Origin: Nostoc sp. DedSLP01
GTDB taxonomy: Bacteria > Cyanobacteriota > Cyanobacteriia > Cyanobacteriales > Nostocaceae
DNA length: 64,000 nt
Direction of reading: 5' to 3'
Assembly: GCA_034530875.2 (NCBI GenBank)
Contig: JAVRCJ020000005.1
Span: 1-64,000, forward strand
The translations under genes and the position numbers were made by a program. The notes below the pieces were generated by a model that was not told the DNA's origin, searched no databases, and saw nothing but the letters and a program-made list of their open reading frames with translations. Shown one piece after another: positions 1 through 9,252 of the stretch; the stretch's first letter is position 1, and the number at the start of each line of letters is the position of its first letter.

Positions 1-220
1 CGCGAACGCTGCGTTTAGCTGTGACAAAACGTAAAGTTAGTGGTGGTTCCCGTTCAATGGAGCGGTTTCAACACACTGCTAATTTGTTGACAGTGGTTCA
101 AACCTGTCGTCGTCAAGGTAGGTCTGTTATTGATTTTTTTGCACAGGCTCTAATTGCTGATTCTGATAATTCTCTGTCTCGCCCTTCTTTGCTTCCTCAA
201 TATTAGACCTGAATCCTTAC
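1..220 (+). mobile_element. IS66-family element, 3' part: transposase (TnpC) C-terminus (open from window start, stop at 204-206) and right terminal repeat ending ...GAATCCTTAC
   Basis: Frame reads RTLRLAVTKRKVSGGSRS...LLTVVQTCRRQGRS, typical of the IS66 TnpC C-terminus. The end (reverse complement GTAAGGATTC) fits the GTAA start of IS66 IRs. Confidence 0.85.
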
Positions 221-234
221 TCGGTAACTTCGGT

Positions 235-639
235 ATGACTTCAATTACCAGAACAATTACGGTTAATGTACAGACTGGCGATAATGACCAGTATGTTTGT
301 CAATTATCGTCTCCTAATGAACCAACTTCAAAAGAAATTCGCTCCTATGGACAAAGTGAAGAACACGCTATAGCCAATGCACTAGAAGAGTTAGCCAGCG
401 AATACCGTCAGATTGCTGAGGAGCGTCAAAATACTGATTGGGAAGCAGTAGAGTATTCTGCTGCTGGCGAACCAATTCAAAAGCGTTATCATGTGATTTT
501 GCATTACGAACGTATTAGAAAAGCCGAGTCTAAATTTGATGCTTTACAAGACACGCTGCTAGGGAATACGGTGGTTGAAAATGCCAAAGTTAACTTGATA
601 GAGATTGATAACAATCTGCCAATCCAGCCTTTAACTTGA
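235..639 (+). CDS. hypothetical protein (likely start ATG 235, outside the IS end)
   Basis: ORF 154-639; the first 27 codons lie inside the IS66 end; MTSITRT... onward looks globular. Confidence 0.6.
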   Translation: MTSITRTITVNVQTGDNDQYVCQLSSPNEPTSKEIRSYGQSEEHAIANALEELASEYRQIAEERQNTDWEAVEYSAAGEPIQKRYHVILHYERIRKAESKFDALQDTLLGNTVVENAKVNLIEIDNNLPIQPLT

Positions 640-680
640 TAAGCTAATCACTTTCTAGTTTGCTTAGAAAACCAGCTGCC

Positions 681-863
681 TTACTTAAATGGCTGACCTT
701 GTTTGCTGTGGTGGTTGAGCTTGCCTGAGTTGTTGCTGATGAGCGAGTATTCGGGATTTCCACTTAGCACGGCATCAGCACTCATCACCAGCTGTTTTGC
801 TCTGGATGGTGGAGTAGATTTTACTTTGCCAAACAGGTTTAGTTGGTTGGGTTCCAAGGTCAT
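681..863 (-). pseudogene. frameshifted N-terminal fragment resembling cyanobacterial GIY-YIG-family proteins
   Basis: MTLEPNQLNLF...MSADAVL continues in another frame as KWKSRILAHQQQLRQAQPPQQT, then stops. Family recalled from memory. Confidence 0.5.
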
Positions 864-1750
864 GTAGTAGAAACATGAGATTTCAGTTTGGCAAGAATAT
901 CTCTAGCTCGTATCCAGAGAATAGACCCCCCTTGTGTTGTGTCTATGGTGTGCGTTGCATTTGGTAGACGTAAAGCTAATGTTGCACCAAAATCTGGGGA
1001 GTGAACTGTACTGGTATCTAAAGCACCATACCACAGATCTACAGGAACGGTGATTTCCTCCAATTTTATACTCCATGAACTTAGTGCATTCACAAGATCT
1101 CGTGCGTAGGAGTGTGCACCTTGAGAAAAACCTTCTGTCAAAGCTTGTTGATATGCTGCACGGAATTTATCATCTTCATATAAGATTCGGTCGCATTCGC
1201 TACTCATACCAATAATTAACTGCCACATTCCTTCTGGAGTAGCCATCTGTGCAAAGTGCTGCTCGAACTTTATAGGGTCTTGTTGAACAGCACAAATCAT
1301 CCTTTCTACATCTGGATGCAGCAGCGGCTTCAAACGTTCATAAGTAAGTTCGTCCTGTCCAGACACAATTGCAATCGCTTTAACAAGATTACGCCCAGCA
1401 AGAGCAAGAGCAAACGGCGCGCCTTGAGAAAATCCAACGCACAGAACATTATTGAGATGATTAGCTTGAATGAATTCTTGTGTGTCGTCTACCCAAGAGA
1501 ATAGCGTTTTGTTAGGGTGGGGATCTGATAAGCCCACACCAGGGCGATCGATAGCAATCAGTTTCAAGCCGAGATCTGGAAGTTCGTCGATCCCAAAACC
1601 AAGTCGTCCACTCATGCCTGCGCCGGTGCAAAACAAAACTGGCAGCCCATCAATCGGCCCCCATTCAGACCATGCCAGCATACGACCATCTCGCAGTCGC
1701 ATCTTCGTTTGTCTTTCGGGTGGTTTCACAAGATTATTTATGCTAGTCAT
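860..1750 (-). CDS. alpha/beta fold hydrolase
   Basis: LRDGRMLAWSEWG, IDRPGVGLS and nucleophile elbow GFSQG. Confidence 0.9.
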   Translation of the reverse strand: MTSINNLVKPPERQTKMRLRDGRMLAWSEWGPIDGLPVLFCTGAGMSGRLGFGIDELPDLGLKLIAIDRPGVGLSDPHPNKTLFSWVDDTQEFIQANHLNNVLCVGFSQGAPFALALAGRNLVKAIAIVSGQDELTYERLKPLLHPDVERMICAVQQDPIKFEQHFAQMATPEGMWQLIIGMSSECDRILYEDDKFRAAYQQALTEGFSQGAHSYARDLVNALSSWSIKLEEITVPVDLWYGALDTSTVHSPDFGATLALRLPNATHTIDTTQGGSILWIRARDILAKLKSHVSTT

Positions 1751-1809
1751 GATAACTATTGTGTTAAAACTTTAGGGAATTCCTATTTTGGATTGAAACA
1801 CAAGTTTGT

Positions 1810-1885
1810 TGCCGTAATTAAAGTGATTCCACCAGATCCGCACGGATTTGATAGAGATAGGGATAATGTGGGTTCCCAAGGGTGA
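1810..1885 (+). pseudogene. C-terminal fragment of an excalibur-like Ca-binding tail
   Basis: Reads KVIPPDPHGFDRDRDNVGSQG*, resembling the DPHxFDRDxDGxGCE tail; no upstream body. Confidence 0.45.
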
Positions 1886-2032
1886 CTACGCTAAAAAATA
1901 CTTTAATTTTTCAGTATCCCATCCTGCGGATGAGATAAAAACCTAGCATACCCAAGAATTATAAGTCAAATAATATACAACTATTGATGCTGTGATATTT
2001 GGCAAATAACCTTGAAATCTGATGAATAACAG

Positions 2033-2470
2033 GTGTACCTTTATCTGCTCGTACAATCTATGGGAATGATATTTTTGATTATCTTAAGCGTTTGGGCAAT
2101 CGTAAATTTTGTAGGTTTGTGTTCGGTTATAATCTCATTCGTTCGTTGTCGTACTGTACCAGGATACCGAAATATTGCGATTATCGGAGCGGTTTTCATA
2201 CCAGCGATGCTTTTATTTTTAACCTTTTTGGATCTGTTAAACAATAAACCAGTTGATACCCCGATCGTTGTTCCTACCGTAATCGCTTATATTCACGTAA
2301 TGACAATTATAGTATGGTCTAAAACTTATTTAATTTGCTTTTTGGGTGCTTGTGTAACTGCCGCAATTGCCTTCTTGAGACACAATGCTATTCGCCGTTA
2401 CTGTGCGCTTGCTTGGGGTTTCTTGATTTCATCTGTTTCAGCTTGTGCATTTGTGTTTATCAAATTTTGA
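2033..2470 (+). CDS. hypothetical integral membrane protein (~4 TM)
   Basis: 145-aa ORF with several long hydrophobic segments; start uncertain (ATG 2060 possible). Confidence 0.55.
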   Translation: MYLYLLVQSMGMIFLIILSVWAIVNFVGLCSVIISFVRCRTVPGYRNIAIIGAVFIPAMLLFLTFLDLLNNKPVDTPIVVPTVIAYIHVMTIIVWSKTYLICFLGACVTAAIAFLRHNAIRRYCALAWGFLISSVSACAFVFIKF

Positions 2471-2505
2471 TGGCAATATTGACAATATTTTTGAGTTGAA
2501 GTGGT

Positions 2506-2534
2506 GCGTAGGCTTTGCTCATCGCAGACATCGC
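2506..2534 (+). repeat. SDR5-like 21-nt repeat inserted in a HIP1 site
   Basis: GCG + TAGGCTTTGCTCATCGCAGAC (21 nt) + ATCGC. Confidence 0.6.
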
Positions 2535-2618
2535 TGTTGGATTTTTGGGAATATTAAAATAAAGCTATAAATAGCGGTTAGAGAAAGTTGCAATTAACAA
2601 ATTTAGATGCAGCGCTTT

Positions 2619-4058
2619 TTATAAAACTCCTTTTTGGTTGTAGTACTCGTAGTAAATCACCATTTCTTCGATCCAATCCCAAAAAGAGTTATAGCGTTTT
2701 TCTAGAGTGATTTCATTTTCATCACCGAAGTAGTAAATTGGTGGATCGTCATCCTTTCCATCTGCAACAAAAAATAGATTGGTTGACCCTAACCGAGAAG
2801 CAAAAACAAAGTAATTGTGGGGCAGTTGAGATAGATTTTCAAATTGTGCGAACCGATCGCTTTGAGCCATGTCCTTCACAGACTCATAGAAAGCATTCCA
2901 GTGGTCAGTAGCTATAAAGCCACCTGCCCATTTACCCATCACCTGAAGAAACTCTTTGTAAGCTTCGGGAAGTATAACCCCAAACTTTTGCTCCAAATGT
3001 CTAATCTCTTGTTGCGAGCAAGGAGTAAGCCCTGCTTCACCAAATTCAGGAATAGATAATATGCGTTCAATTAGCTGTTGCGGGGTAGGGCGAGGATTAG
3101 GCAGATTGAGCCAATGAGGTTCCAAAGTCGCTAATAATTCAGGAAATTCTTGTGCATTATCCCATGCACAGCGACGATTCAGGTTGCGAATATTCACATC
3201 AGCCCCATACTCAATCAGGAGTTGAGACAATTCGACCTCTCCATATTTTGTTGCTTGATGCAACGGCGTATCACCAATATAGTTCTGAGCATTGGGGTTT
3301 GCTCCACGAGCGAGCAGCAACCGCGCAATATCGCTTCTTTTTGCCAATACTGCAACATGTAATGCCGTATTGCCTTCATACCTTTCTGGTAAATTAGGGT
3401 TTGCTCCATAATCAAGAAGTAAATTGACCGATTCGGGTTGAGAAATAGAGCCTCCATCTGGCTCACACAAATCGATCGCAGTATGTAAAAGTGAACTGTG
3501 AAAACCGGGTATATGGTTGACGTTCACATCTCGATTCAGCCAAAATTGCAGCAGTTCAAGCGTTCGCCACCCAGTTGCTTCAAAGGCATATTGATTTGCA
3601 CAAGAGATGGCATCGAGATCGGCTCCATACTCCTCTAGAAGTAACACCATCTCCAGTGATTTTGCATGAAATAATGGAGTCTCTTGACGATTGGCTTCTG
3701 TACTTCTAGCATTTGGGTTCGCCCCATGTTCGAGTAGCAGTCTGGCGCACTCTAGAGAGTCTTTGATGACGGCTTCAAACAGGGGAGTCCAGGCGTGTAA
3801 ACTATCGGGCTGGTCAATAACTGCTGACTGAGTGGATAAGCAGCTGACGAATCCAAACAAACCTCTCGCCTGCTGCATCCGCTCTATCAACAATTGCACG
3901 CATTCAACTGCTCCACCTTCTGCCGCACAGTGGATAGGGAGACGATCGAACCAACCTTTGGCTAATGCCAATTCAGGATTGCGATCGAGCAATGCCCTCA
4001 GAGCTTGAACATCTCCACAACGAGCTAGTTGATGGACTGGCCGATCTTTACCACTCAC
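2619..4058 (-). CDS. ankyrin-repeat protein with C-terminal SMI1/KNR4 (SUKH) domain
   Basis: Ankyrin motifs (GNTALHVAV...LLLARGANPN, GDTPLHQA...LIEYGADVN), then CSQQEIRHLEQKFGVILPEAYKEFL...DDPPIY...SFWDWI. Confidence 0.9.
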   Translation of the reverse strand: MSGKDRPVHQLARCGDVQALRALLDRNPELALAKGWFDRLPIHCAAEGGAVECVQLLIERMQQARGLFGFVSCLSTQSAVIDQPDSLHAWTPLFEAVIKDSLECARLLLEHGANPNARSTEANRQETPLFHAKSLEMVLLLEEYGADLDAISCANQYAFEATGWRTLELLQFWLNRDVNVNHIPGFHSSLLHTAIDLCEPDGGSISQPESVNLLLDYGANPNLPERYEGNTALHVAVLAKRSDIARLLLARGANPNAQNYIGDTPLHQATKYGEVELSQLLIEYGADVNIRNLNRRCAWDNAQEFPELLATLEPHWLNLPNPRPTPQQLIERILSIPEFGEAGLTPCSQQEIRHLEQKFGVILPEAYKEFLQVMGKWAGGFIATDHWNAFYESVKDMAQSDRFAQFENLSQLPHNYFVFASRLGSTNLFFVADGKDDDPPIYYFGDENEITLEKRYNSFWDWIEEMVIYYEYYNQKGVL

Positions 4059-4534
4059 AGTTAAAGTTCCAACTAGTAAGCCTTAAATAATGCCCTAATC
4101 TACGAGTATATAGCCTCCCCTAAAGCGCGTATACACCACCCCGCTAGACATCGCCAGCACGATTCGCTTCCGTCGCGCCCACTTGAACCATTCGCTGACA
4201 TCGGCGGTTATGGTGTTCTCACTCTTGTGCCAATAAATATACAGGTTGTTGCATCAAAAGAGTGCGATCGCTTCTATTCAGAATGCGATCGCACTTTATA
4301 CGTTTTCTCAATTGAGAATAAAGCTTGCATAAAAGGATTAAAGTGGAATGTCACGCTTGTAAAAATAAAACGTCGTCACGGCTCTTTGTTGGGGGTGTTG
4401 TGGGTGTAGTGGTTTAAGACAATTAGGTTTTAGTGCCTCAAACAAAACTGTCCTCCAATTTATTCCCTACACCCCACACCCTACACCCTCCAAGCCTTAT
4501 AAATACTGGGTTTACTATTAACAAGCGTGCTCGA

Positions 4535-4895
4535 TTAAAGTGCTTGTAGAGCCACATTGTCAACAATGACATCAACATTACTCAAACCACTTCTAATAGC
4601 AATTTCATCAAAAGAAGTAATGATAGAAGAACCAGAATCAACTGCCTTGATTACAAATCCATCAATTGATGCACTAATTCTTACGGTTTGTGAATCTAAA
4701 CGACTAATGGTCACAACGGCGGTATGACGTTTTGTGTCATCAATAGTTGGTACAGATATATTTGATGTTAATTGAACACTTCCGTTACCACCAGTAATGC
4801 CATCAGCAGCGCGAAAGTTCTCTTTCACAATTCCTAACTGGCCGCTACCAGCTAAACCCACTGAGACAAAATAACCACCATCATCTTCAATAGGT
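4535..4895 (-). pseudogene. orphan C-terminal beta-rich fragment of a larger protein
   Basis: Frame EDDGGYFVSVGLAGSG...TSFDEIAI...VDNVAL has no convincing start or RBS. Confidence 0.45.
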
Positions 4896-5023
4896 GTATG
4901 ATATTACACAAACGCGATCGCTCTATGCCGATTTTTAGCAGATCCTTTCGTTTACTCCATTGTATGCTGTGCCGTCTAACTAATTATTAGAAAGACTGCT
5001 GATGACAATTCAACGGTATAAAC

Positions 5024-5944
5024 TTATGCTATGCGTAAACTTTGAATGTCCCGAATTGGTGGCGCACCGAACATTCTAGAATATTCGCGGCTGAACTGTG
5101 ATGGACTTTCATAACCCACTTGATATGCAGCATTGGCGGCATCGAAGTTTTCAGTAAGCATCAGGCGGCGCGCTTCCAATAGCCTTAACTGTTTTTGATA
5201 TTGAAGCGGACTCATGGATGTTACTGACTTGAAGTGATGATGGAAAGATGAAGCTGACATATTAGCCAACTGTGCTAACTCCTCAACCCGTATCGACTTT
5301 GTAAAATTAGCTTTAATGAGTTCGATCGCATTGGCAATACGTTGCATATTGCTGCCAAAAGTGGCAATTTGGCGAACAGCCTCGCCTTGTTCGCCGATTA
5401 ACAGCCTGTAATAAATTTCTCGGATAATCAATGGTGCAAGTACTGGGATATCCTCTGGTGTATCCAAAAGTTGTGTCAGTCTAATGGCACAATCGAGTAA
5501 TTTTGGCGAGGCATCGCTAACAAACAAGCCTCGCACAGAATTTTCTTTCTGATGCGTACTTAGCTTTGTTTGGGCAATAATATCGCACAATACAAGCGAA
5601 TCTAAACTTAACTTAAATCCGAAATATGGCTTATCTGGTGTGGCTTCTACAACAAATCCGTTTAAAGGCAAATCAACTGAGACAACAAGATATTGAGCAG
5701 CTCCATAACGGTAAGTTTCCTCACCGAGCAATGCTTCTTTTTTACCCTGAACAACGATGGCAATAATTGGTTCATAAACAGCGCAGATAGAACTGGGAGC
5801 AGAAGATTCTCGCACAAATTCCAGCTGACTTATCTGTGTTTTATGAATACCGTTCCCTTTGCCATTGGTGTGCTTCTCTAGTAATGCTACTAGTTGTTGG
5901 CATTCGTTGAGGGTACTGCTGTGCTGGAGTATCTCGCTTCCCAT
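5024..5944 (-). CDS. AraC family transcriptional regulator (AraC_N + HTH)
   Basis: VQGKKEALLGEE; MSPLQYQKQLRLLEARRLM; VGYESPSQFSREYSRMFG. Confidence 0.95.
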   Translation of the reverse strand: MGSEILQHSSTLNECQQLVALLEKHTNGKGNGIHKTQISQLEFVRESSAPSSICAVYEPIIAIVVQGKKEALLGEETYRYGAAQYLVVSVDLPLNGFVVEATPDKPYFGFKLSLDSLVLCDIIAQTKLSTHQKENSVRGLFVSDASPKLLDCAIRLTQLLDTPEDIPVLAPLIIREIYYRLLIGEQGEAVRQIATFGSNMQRIANAIELIKANFTKSIRVEELAQLANMSASSFHHHFKSVTSMSPLQYQKQLRLLEARRLMLTENFDAANAAYQVGYESPSQFSREYSRMFGAPPIRDIQSLRIA

Positions 5945-6111
5945 ACTGGCTTTTGGAGTGATTTGCTCGCTCGCTGATTGTAAAAGATATTTCTACAATA
6001 AAACATGATTTTGGAGGATTAGGCAATAATATACGATTTTTGTGCATTTAAAACTTTGGTTTTCAACCATATCATGAACACAGTTCGAGGAAATAATCAA
6101 AGAATAAGGCA

Positions 6112-6879
6112 ATGATGCAAACTCAGACAAAAATCGCATTAGTAACAGGAGCAAGCAGAGGTCTTGGCAAAAATACTGCTTTGGCTCTGGCGAGAATGGG
6201 GATTAGTATCATCTTGACGTATCATAACAACGAAGAGTCAGCTAAAAGTGTCGTATCTTCCATTGAAGAAATTGGTGGTAAAGCTTTTGCACTGCAACTA
6301 GATACTTCAAACACTAAAGCCTTTGATGGTTTTGTAGAGCAAGTCAAACAAGTACTCCAAGACAAATGGCAGACAGAGCATTTTGATTTCCTGATTAATA
6401 ATGCGGGTATTGGTGTTTATGCCTCTTTTGCAGATACAACTGAGGAAGATTTTGACCGATTAATGAATATTCATGTCAAGGGCGTTTTCTTCCTGACACA
6501 GAAACTTCTGCCTTTGCTCAAGGATGGGGGAAGGATCGTGAATATTTCTTCTGGTCTTGCCCGTTTTACTCTGCCGGGCTATGCAGCTTATGCAACCATG
6601 AAGGGGGCTGTAGAAGTTTTAAGCCGATATCTGGCCAAGGAACTAGGTCAAAGACAAATTGCTGTGAATGTGGTAGCTCCTGGCGCGATTGAAACGGATT
6701 TTGCTGATGGTGCTGTGCGTGACAATCCAGAAATTAACAACTTCATCGCTTCGCAAACGGCCTTGGGTCGTGTCGGACTACCTGATGATATCGGAGGTGC
6801 GATCGCCGTTTTGCTATCTGAAGGAAACAGATGGGTGAATGGACAAAGAATAGAAGTCTCTGGTGGGATGTTTCTTTAA
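6112..6879 (+). CDS. SDR family NAD(P)-dependent oxidoreductase
   Basis: TGASRGLG, NNAG, YATMK. Confidence 0.95.
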   Translation: MMQTQTKIALVTGASRGLGKNTALALARMGISIILTYHNNEESAKSVVSSIEEIGGKAFALQLDTSNTKAFDGFVEQVKQVLQDKWQTEHFDFLINNAGIGVYASFADTTEEDFDRLMNIHVKGVFFLTQKLLPLLKDGGRIVNISSGLARFTLPGYAAYATMKGAVEVLSRYLAKELGQRQIAVNVVAPGAIETDFADGAVRDNPEINNFIASQTALGRVGLPDDIGGAIAVLLSEGNRWVNGQRIEVSGGMFL

Positions 6880-6912
6880 CTTGTAGCAGTTTGAATAAAA
6901 AGGTAAATAAAC

Positions 6913-7647
6913 ATGTTAAACGTTCAAAACAAAGTCATCGTCATCACAGGAGCTAGTAGCGGTATTGGAGAAGCTAGTGCCAAGCTGTTAGCCCAAAACG
7001 GTGCCAAAGTTGTTTTAGGTGCGCGGCGCACACAAAAGCTAGAAAAGATTGTCGAGGATATCCGCTTTGCTGGTGGAATTGCAGAATTTAAAGCTGTGGA
7101 TGTCGCCAATCGCCAGGATATGAAAGCCTTCATTGACTTTGCTTTGGACAAGTTTGGCCGCGTCGATGTCATTTTTAACAATGCAGGTATTATGCCCCTT
7201 TCCCCAATGAATGCTTTGAAAGTTGAGGAGTGGGATAACATGATTAACATCAATATCCACGGCGTATTAAATGGCATTGCTGCGGGTCTGCCGATTATGG
7301 AAGCCCAAGGCGGAGGTCAATTTATCAATACTGCTTCCATTGCCGCACATCTGGTTGTGCCTACGGGTGCGGTTTATTGTGCAACAAAATATGCTGTTTG
7401 GGCCATCTCCGAAGGATTGCGTCAAGAATCGAAAAACATCCGCGTCACAACAATATCTCCTGGTGTAGTTGAAACTGAACTTGGCAGTGATATTACGGAT
7501 GATTCAGCCAAAGATGCCCTGAAACAATTCCGCAAAGCCGCACTCACCCCTACGGCGATCGCTCGTGCTGTATTGTATGCTGTATCCCAACCAGATGATG
7601 TCGATGTCAATGAAGTGATTGTCCGTCCAACGGCAAGTGCGTTCTAA
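6913..7647 (+). CDS. SDR family oxidoreductase
   Basis: TGASSGIG, NNAG, YCATK; AAGG RBS. Confidence 0.95.
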   Translation: MLNVQNKVIVITGASSGIGEASAKLLAQNGAKVVLGARRTQKLEKIVEDIRFAGGIAEFKAVDVANRQDMKAFIDFALDKFGRVDVIFNNAGIMPLSPMNALKVEEWDNMININIHGVLNGIAAGLPIMEAQGGGQFINTASIAAHLVVPTGAVYCATKYAVWAISEGLRQESKNIRVTTISPGVVETELGSDITDDSAKDALKQFRKAALTPTAIARAVLYAVSQPDDVDVNEVIVRPTASAF

Positions 7648-7753
7648 TCAAAGTAATTCAATTTTTATCCAATCATTTGGGTAACTTTTGAGTCATACCA
7701 CAAAGCAAGCAAATCTAGAGGAATTAATCTCTCGTGCTTTGGAAAAGCATGAC

Positions 7754-8040
7754 TTACACCACTGCCAACCAATCGCACCCCACAAACCGACAACCGCCCG
7801 CAAAGCTCACCCAGACTTGCCAATGCCCCAAATACCCGTTTCATATTGGCTCACCATCAGCAATCCCAATAGCTTCACCCGCCTTGGAAACGAGTTCAGT
7901 GTAGAACCGACCAGCACTTTCTAGCCCCTGCCGCAGCTTCAGCCTTAATCCCTTCCAGCACCCGACAACCTCATCCAGTGTTTGGGGTATTGTGTGTGTC
8001 AGTAACTGGTGTTGTTAACTCTATATTGTTAGTGACTGAC
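7754..8040 (-). pseudogene. C-terminal remnant resembling Nostocales plasmid replication (CyRepA1-like) proteins
   Basis: Reads ...CWKGLRLKLRQGLESAGRFYTELVSKAGEAIGIADGEPI*NGYLGHWQVWVSFAGGCRFVGCDWLAVV* with an internal TGA and an upstream frameshift. Family recalled from memory. Confidence 0.5.
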
Positions 8041-8106
8041 ACCAAACAATTCGCTGCTTTTTGCAATTAAAGTAAGTGCGAGATAAAATTGAGCGATAGA
8101 TTGCAA

Positions 8107-8140
8107 ATCTCTCAAAGCGCGTGGGCGCTTTGAGAGATTC
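8107..8140 (-). terminator. stem-loop downstream of the EF-hand gene
   Basis: AATCTCTCAAAGCGC-GTGG-GCGCTTTGAGAGATT inverted repeat. Confidence 0.6.
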
Positions 8141-8161
8141 TTGTATTAGCTTTTTTGACTG

Positions 8162-8392
8162 TTAGGTTAAATTATTTGCTTTCTCAACTGCTTGCTTTAA
8201 CTCTTCAAAGGTAATACCACCGTCTCGATCTCCGTACATACTTAGCAACTCCTGAGGGCTACTGACACCTGTTTCTGCTGAGATGATTGCACTTAAACCA
8301 GGACTTAAAAAAAGCTCATTAATGGAGATTTTGCCGTCTCGATCGCTATCTAAGGTATCAAAAAGAGATTGAAGCTCTTGCTTGGTTGTCAT
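8162..8392 (-). CDS. cse: small two-EF-hand Ca2+ sensor protein (CSE-like)
   Basis: EF loops DSDRDGKISINE and GDRDGGITFEE; overall sequence matches recalled Anabaena CSE (ELFLSPGLSA...SPQELL). Confidence 0.8.
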   Translation of the reverse strand: MTTKQELQSLFDTLDSDRDGKISINELFLSPGLSAIISAETGVSSPQELLSMYGDRDGGITFEELKQAVEKANNLT

Positions 8393-8524
8393 AAGTTTTT
8401 ATCTGAATTAATCTTTCATTTTAATATTTCTAAATTAAACAAACTTATATCAAAAGACGTAGAAATAGATATTTTTATCTTAAGTAATATTTCGCCAAGC
8501 TAAAATAAATAGAAAGGGTAATTA

Positions 8525-9130
8525 ATGATGACCGCACGAGAATTTCCGAACTGGGAAGCGCTTTATCAAGAACAAGCCGTTGAAACCATGCCCTGGTTCA
8601 ATCCTAGCTTAGATCCAGATGTTGAAGAAGCGCTCCTCACCCTTGAACTGAGCAATGGTTCAGTGCTGGATTTGGGAACAGGGCCGGGAACTCAAGCACT
8701 CGCCCTAGCCGAACGAGGATTTGAGATGATGGCGACAGATTTATCAGAGGCGGCCATTCGTCAGGCGGCAGCAAAAGCAAAGCAAAAGGGATTAGAAATT
8801 TCGTTTCAGCAAGATGATATTCTCAACAGTCGTTTGGAACAATCTTTCGATTTGATTCTCGACAGAGGATGCTTCCATGTTCTGCCACCCCAAAGCTATG
8901 GTACTTACGTCGGAACAGTCGCAAGCTTATTAAAGCCTAAGGGCTATCTGTTACTGAAATGCTTCTCTCAAGAGGAAACAAGAGAACAAGGGCCTTACCG
9001 CTTTAGCCCAGAGGAGATTCAGCAGATATTCAAAGAACGATTTAATCTGCGTTTGGCTAAACAAACGGTTTATCATGGGATACTCGATCCCCTTCCCAAA
9101 GCACTCTTTTGCATCCTAGAAAAGCATTGA
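8525..9130 (+). CDS. class I SAM-dependent methyltransferase
   Basis: VLDLGTGPG, FDLILDRGCFH. Confidence 0.9.
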   Translation: MMTAREFPNWEALYQEQAVETMPWFNPSLDPDVEEALLTLELSNGSVLDLGTGPGTQALALAERGFEMMATDLSEAAIRQAAAKAKQKGLEISFQQDDILNSRLEQSFDLILDRGCFHVLPPQSYGTYVGTVASLLKPKGYLLLKCFSQEETREQGPYRFSPEEIQQIFKERFNLRLAKQTVYHGILDPLPKALFCILEKH

Positions 9131-9217
9131 TTTTTTTGCACAAGCTCTAGTAACTGACTCTATTAATTCTCAGTCTCGCACTTCTTTATTTGGGCTATAT
9201 TAGACCTGAATCCTTAC
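9126..9217 (+). mobile_element. solo degenerate IS66 right-end remnant
   Basis: Aligns with ~129-220; the last 20 bp (TATTAGACCTGAATCCTTAC) are identical to 201-220. Confidence 0.85.
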
Positions 9218-9252
9218 GAGACAATTTCAATATTGAATAAGTCAATTTAGAT

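Noticed and set aside
4125..4154. Second SDR5-like HIP1 insertion
   Set aside because: Spacing is 20 or 22 nt rather than 21, and the stretch reads as part of a coding remnant on the minus strand
7688..7924. 78-aa plus-strand ORF
   Set aside because: Antisense shadow of the more protein-like minus-strand remnant
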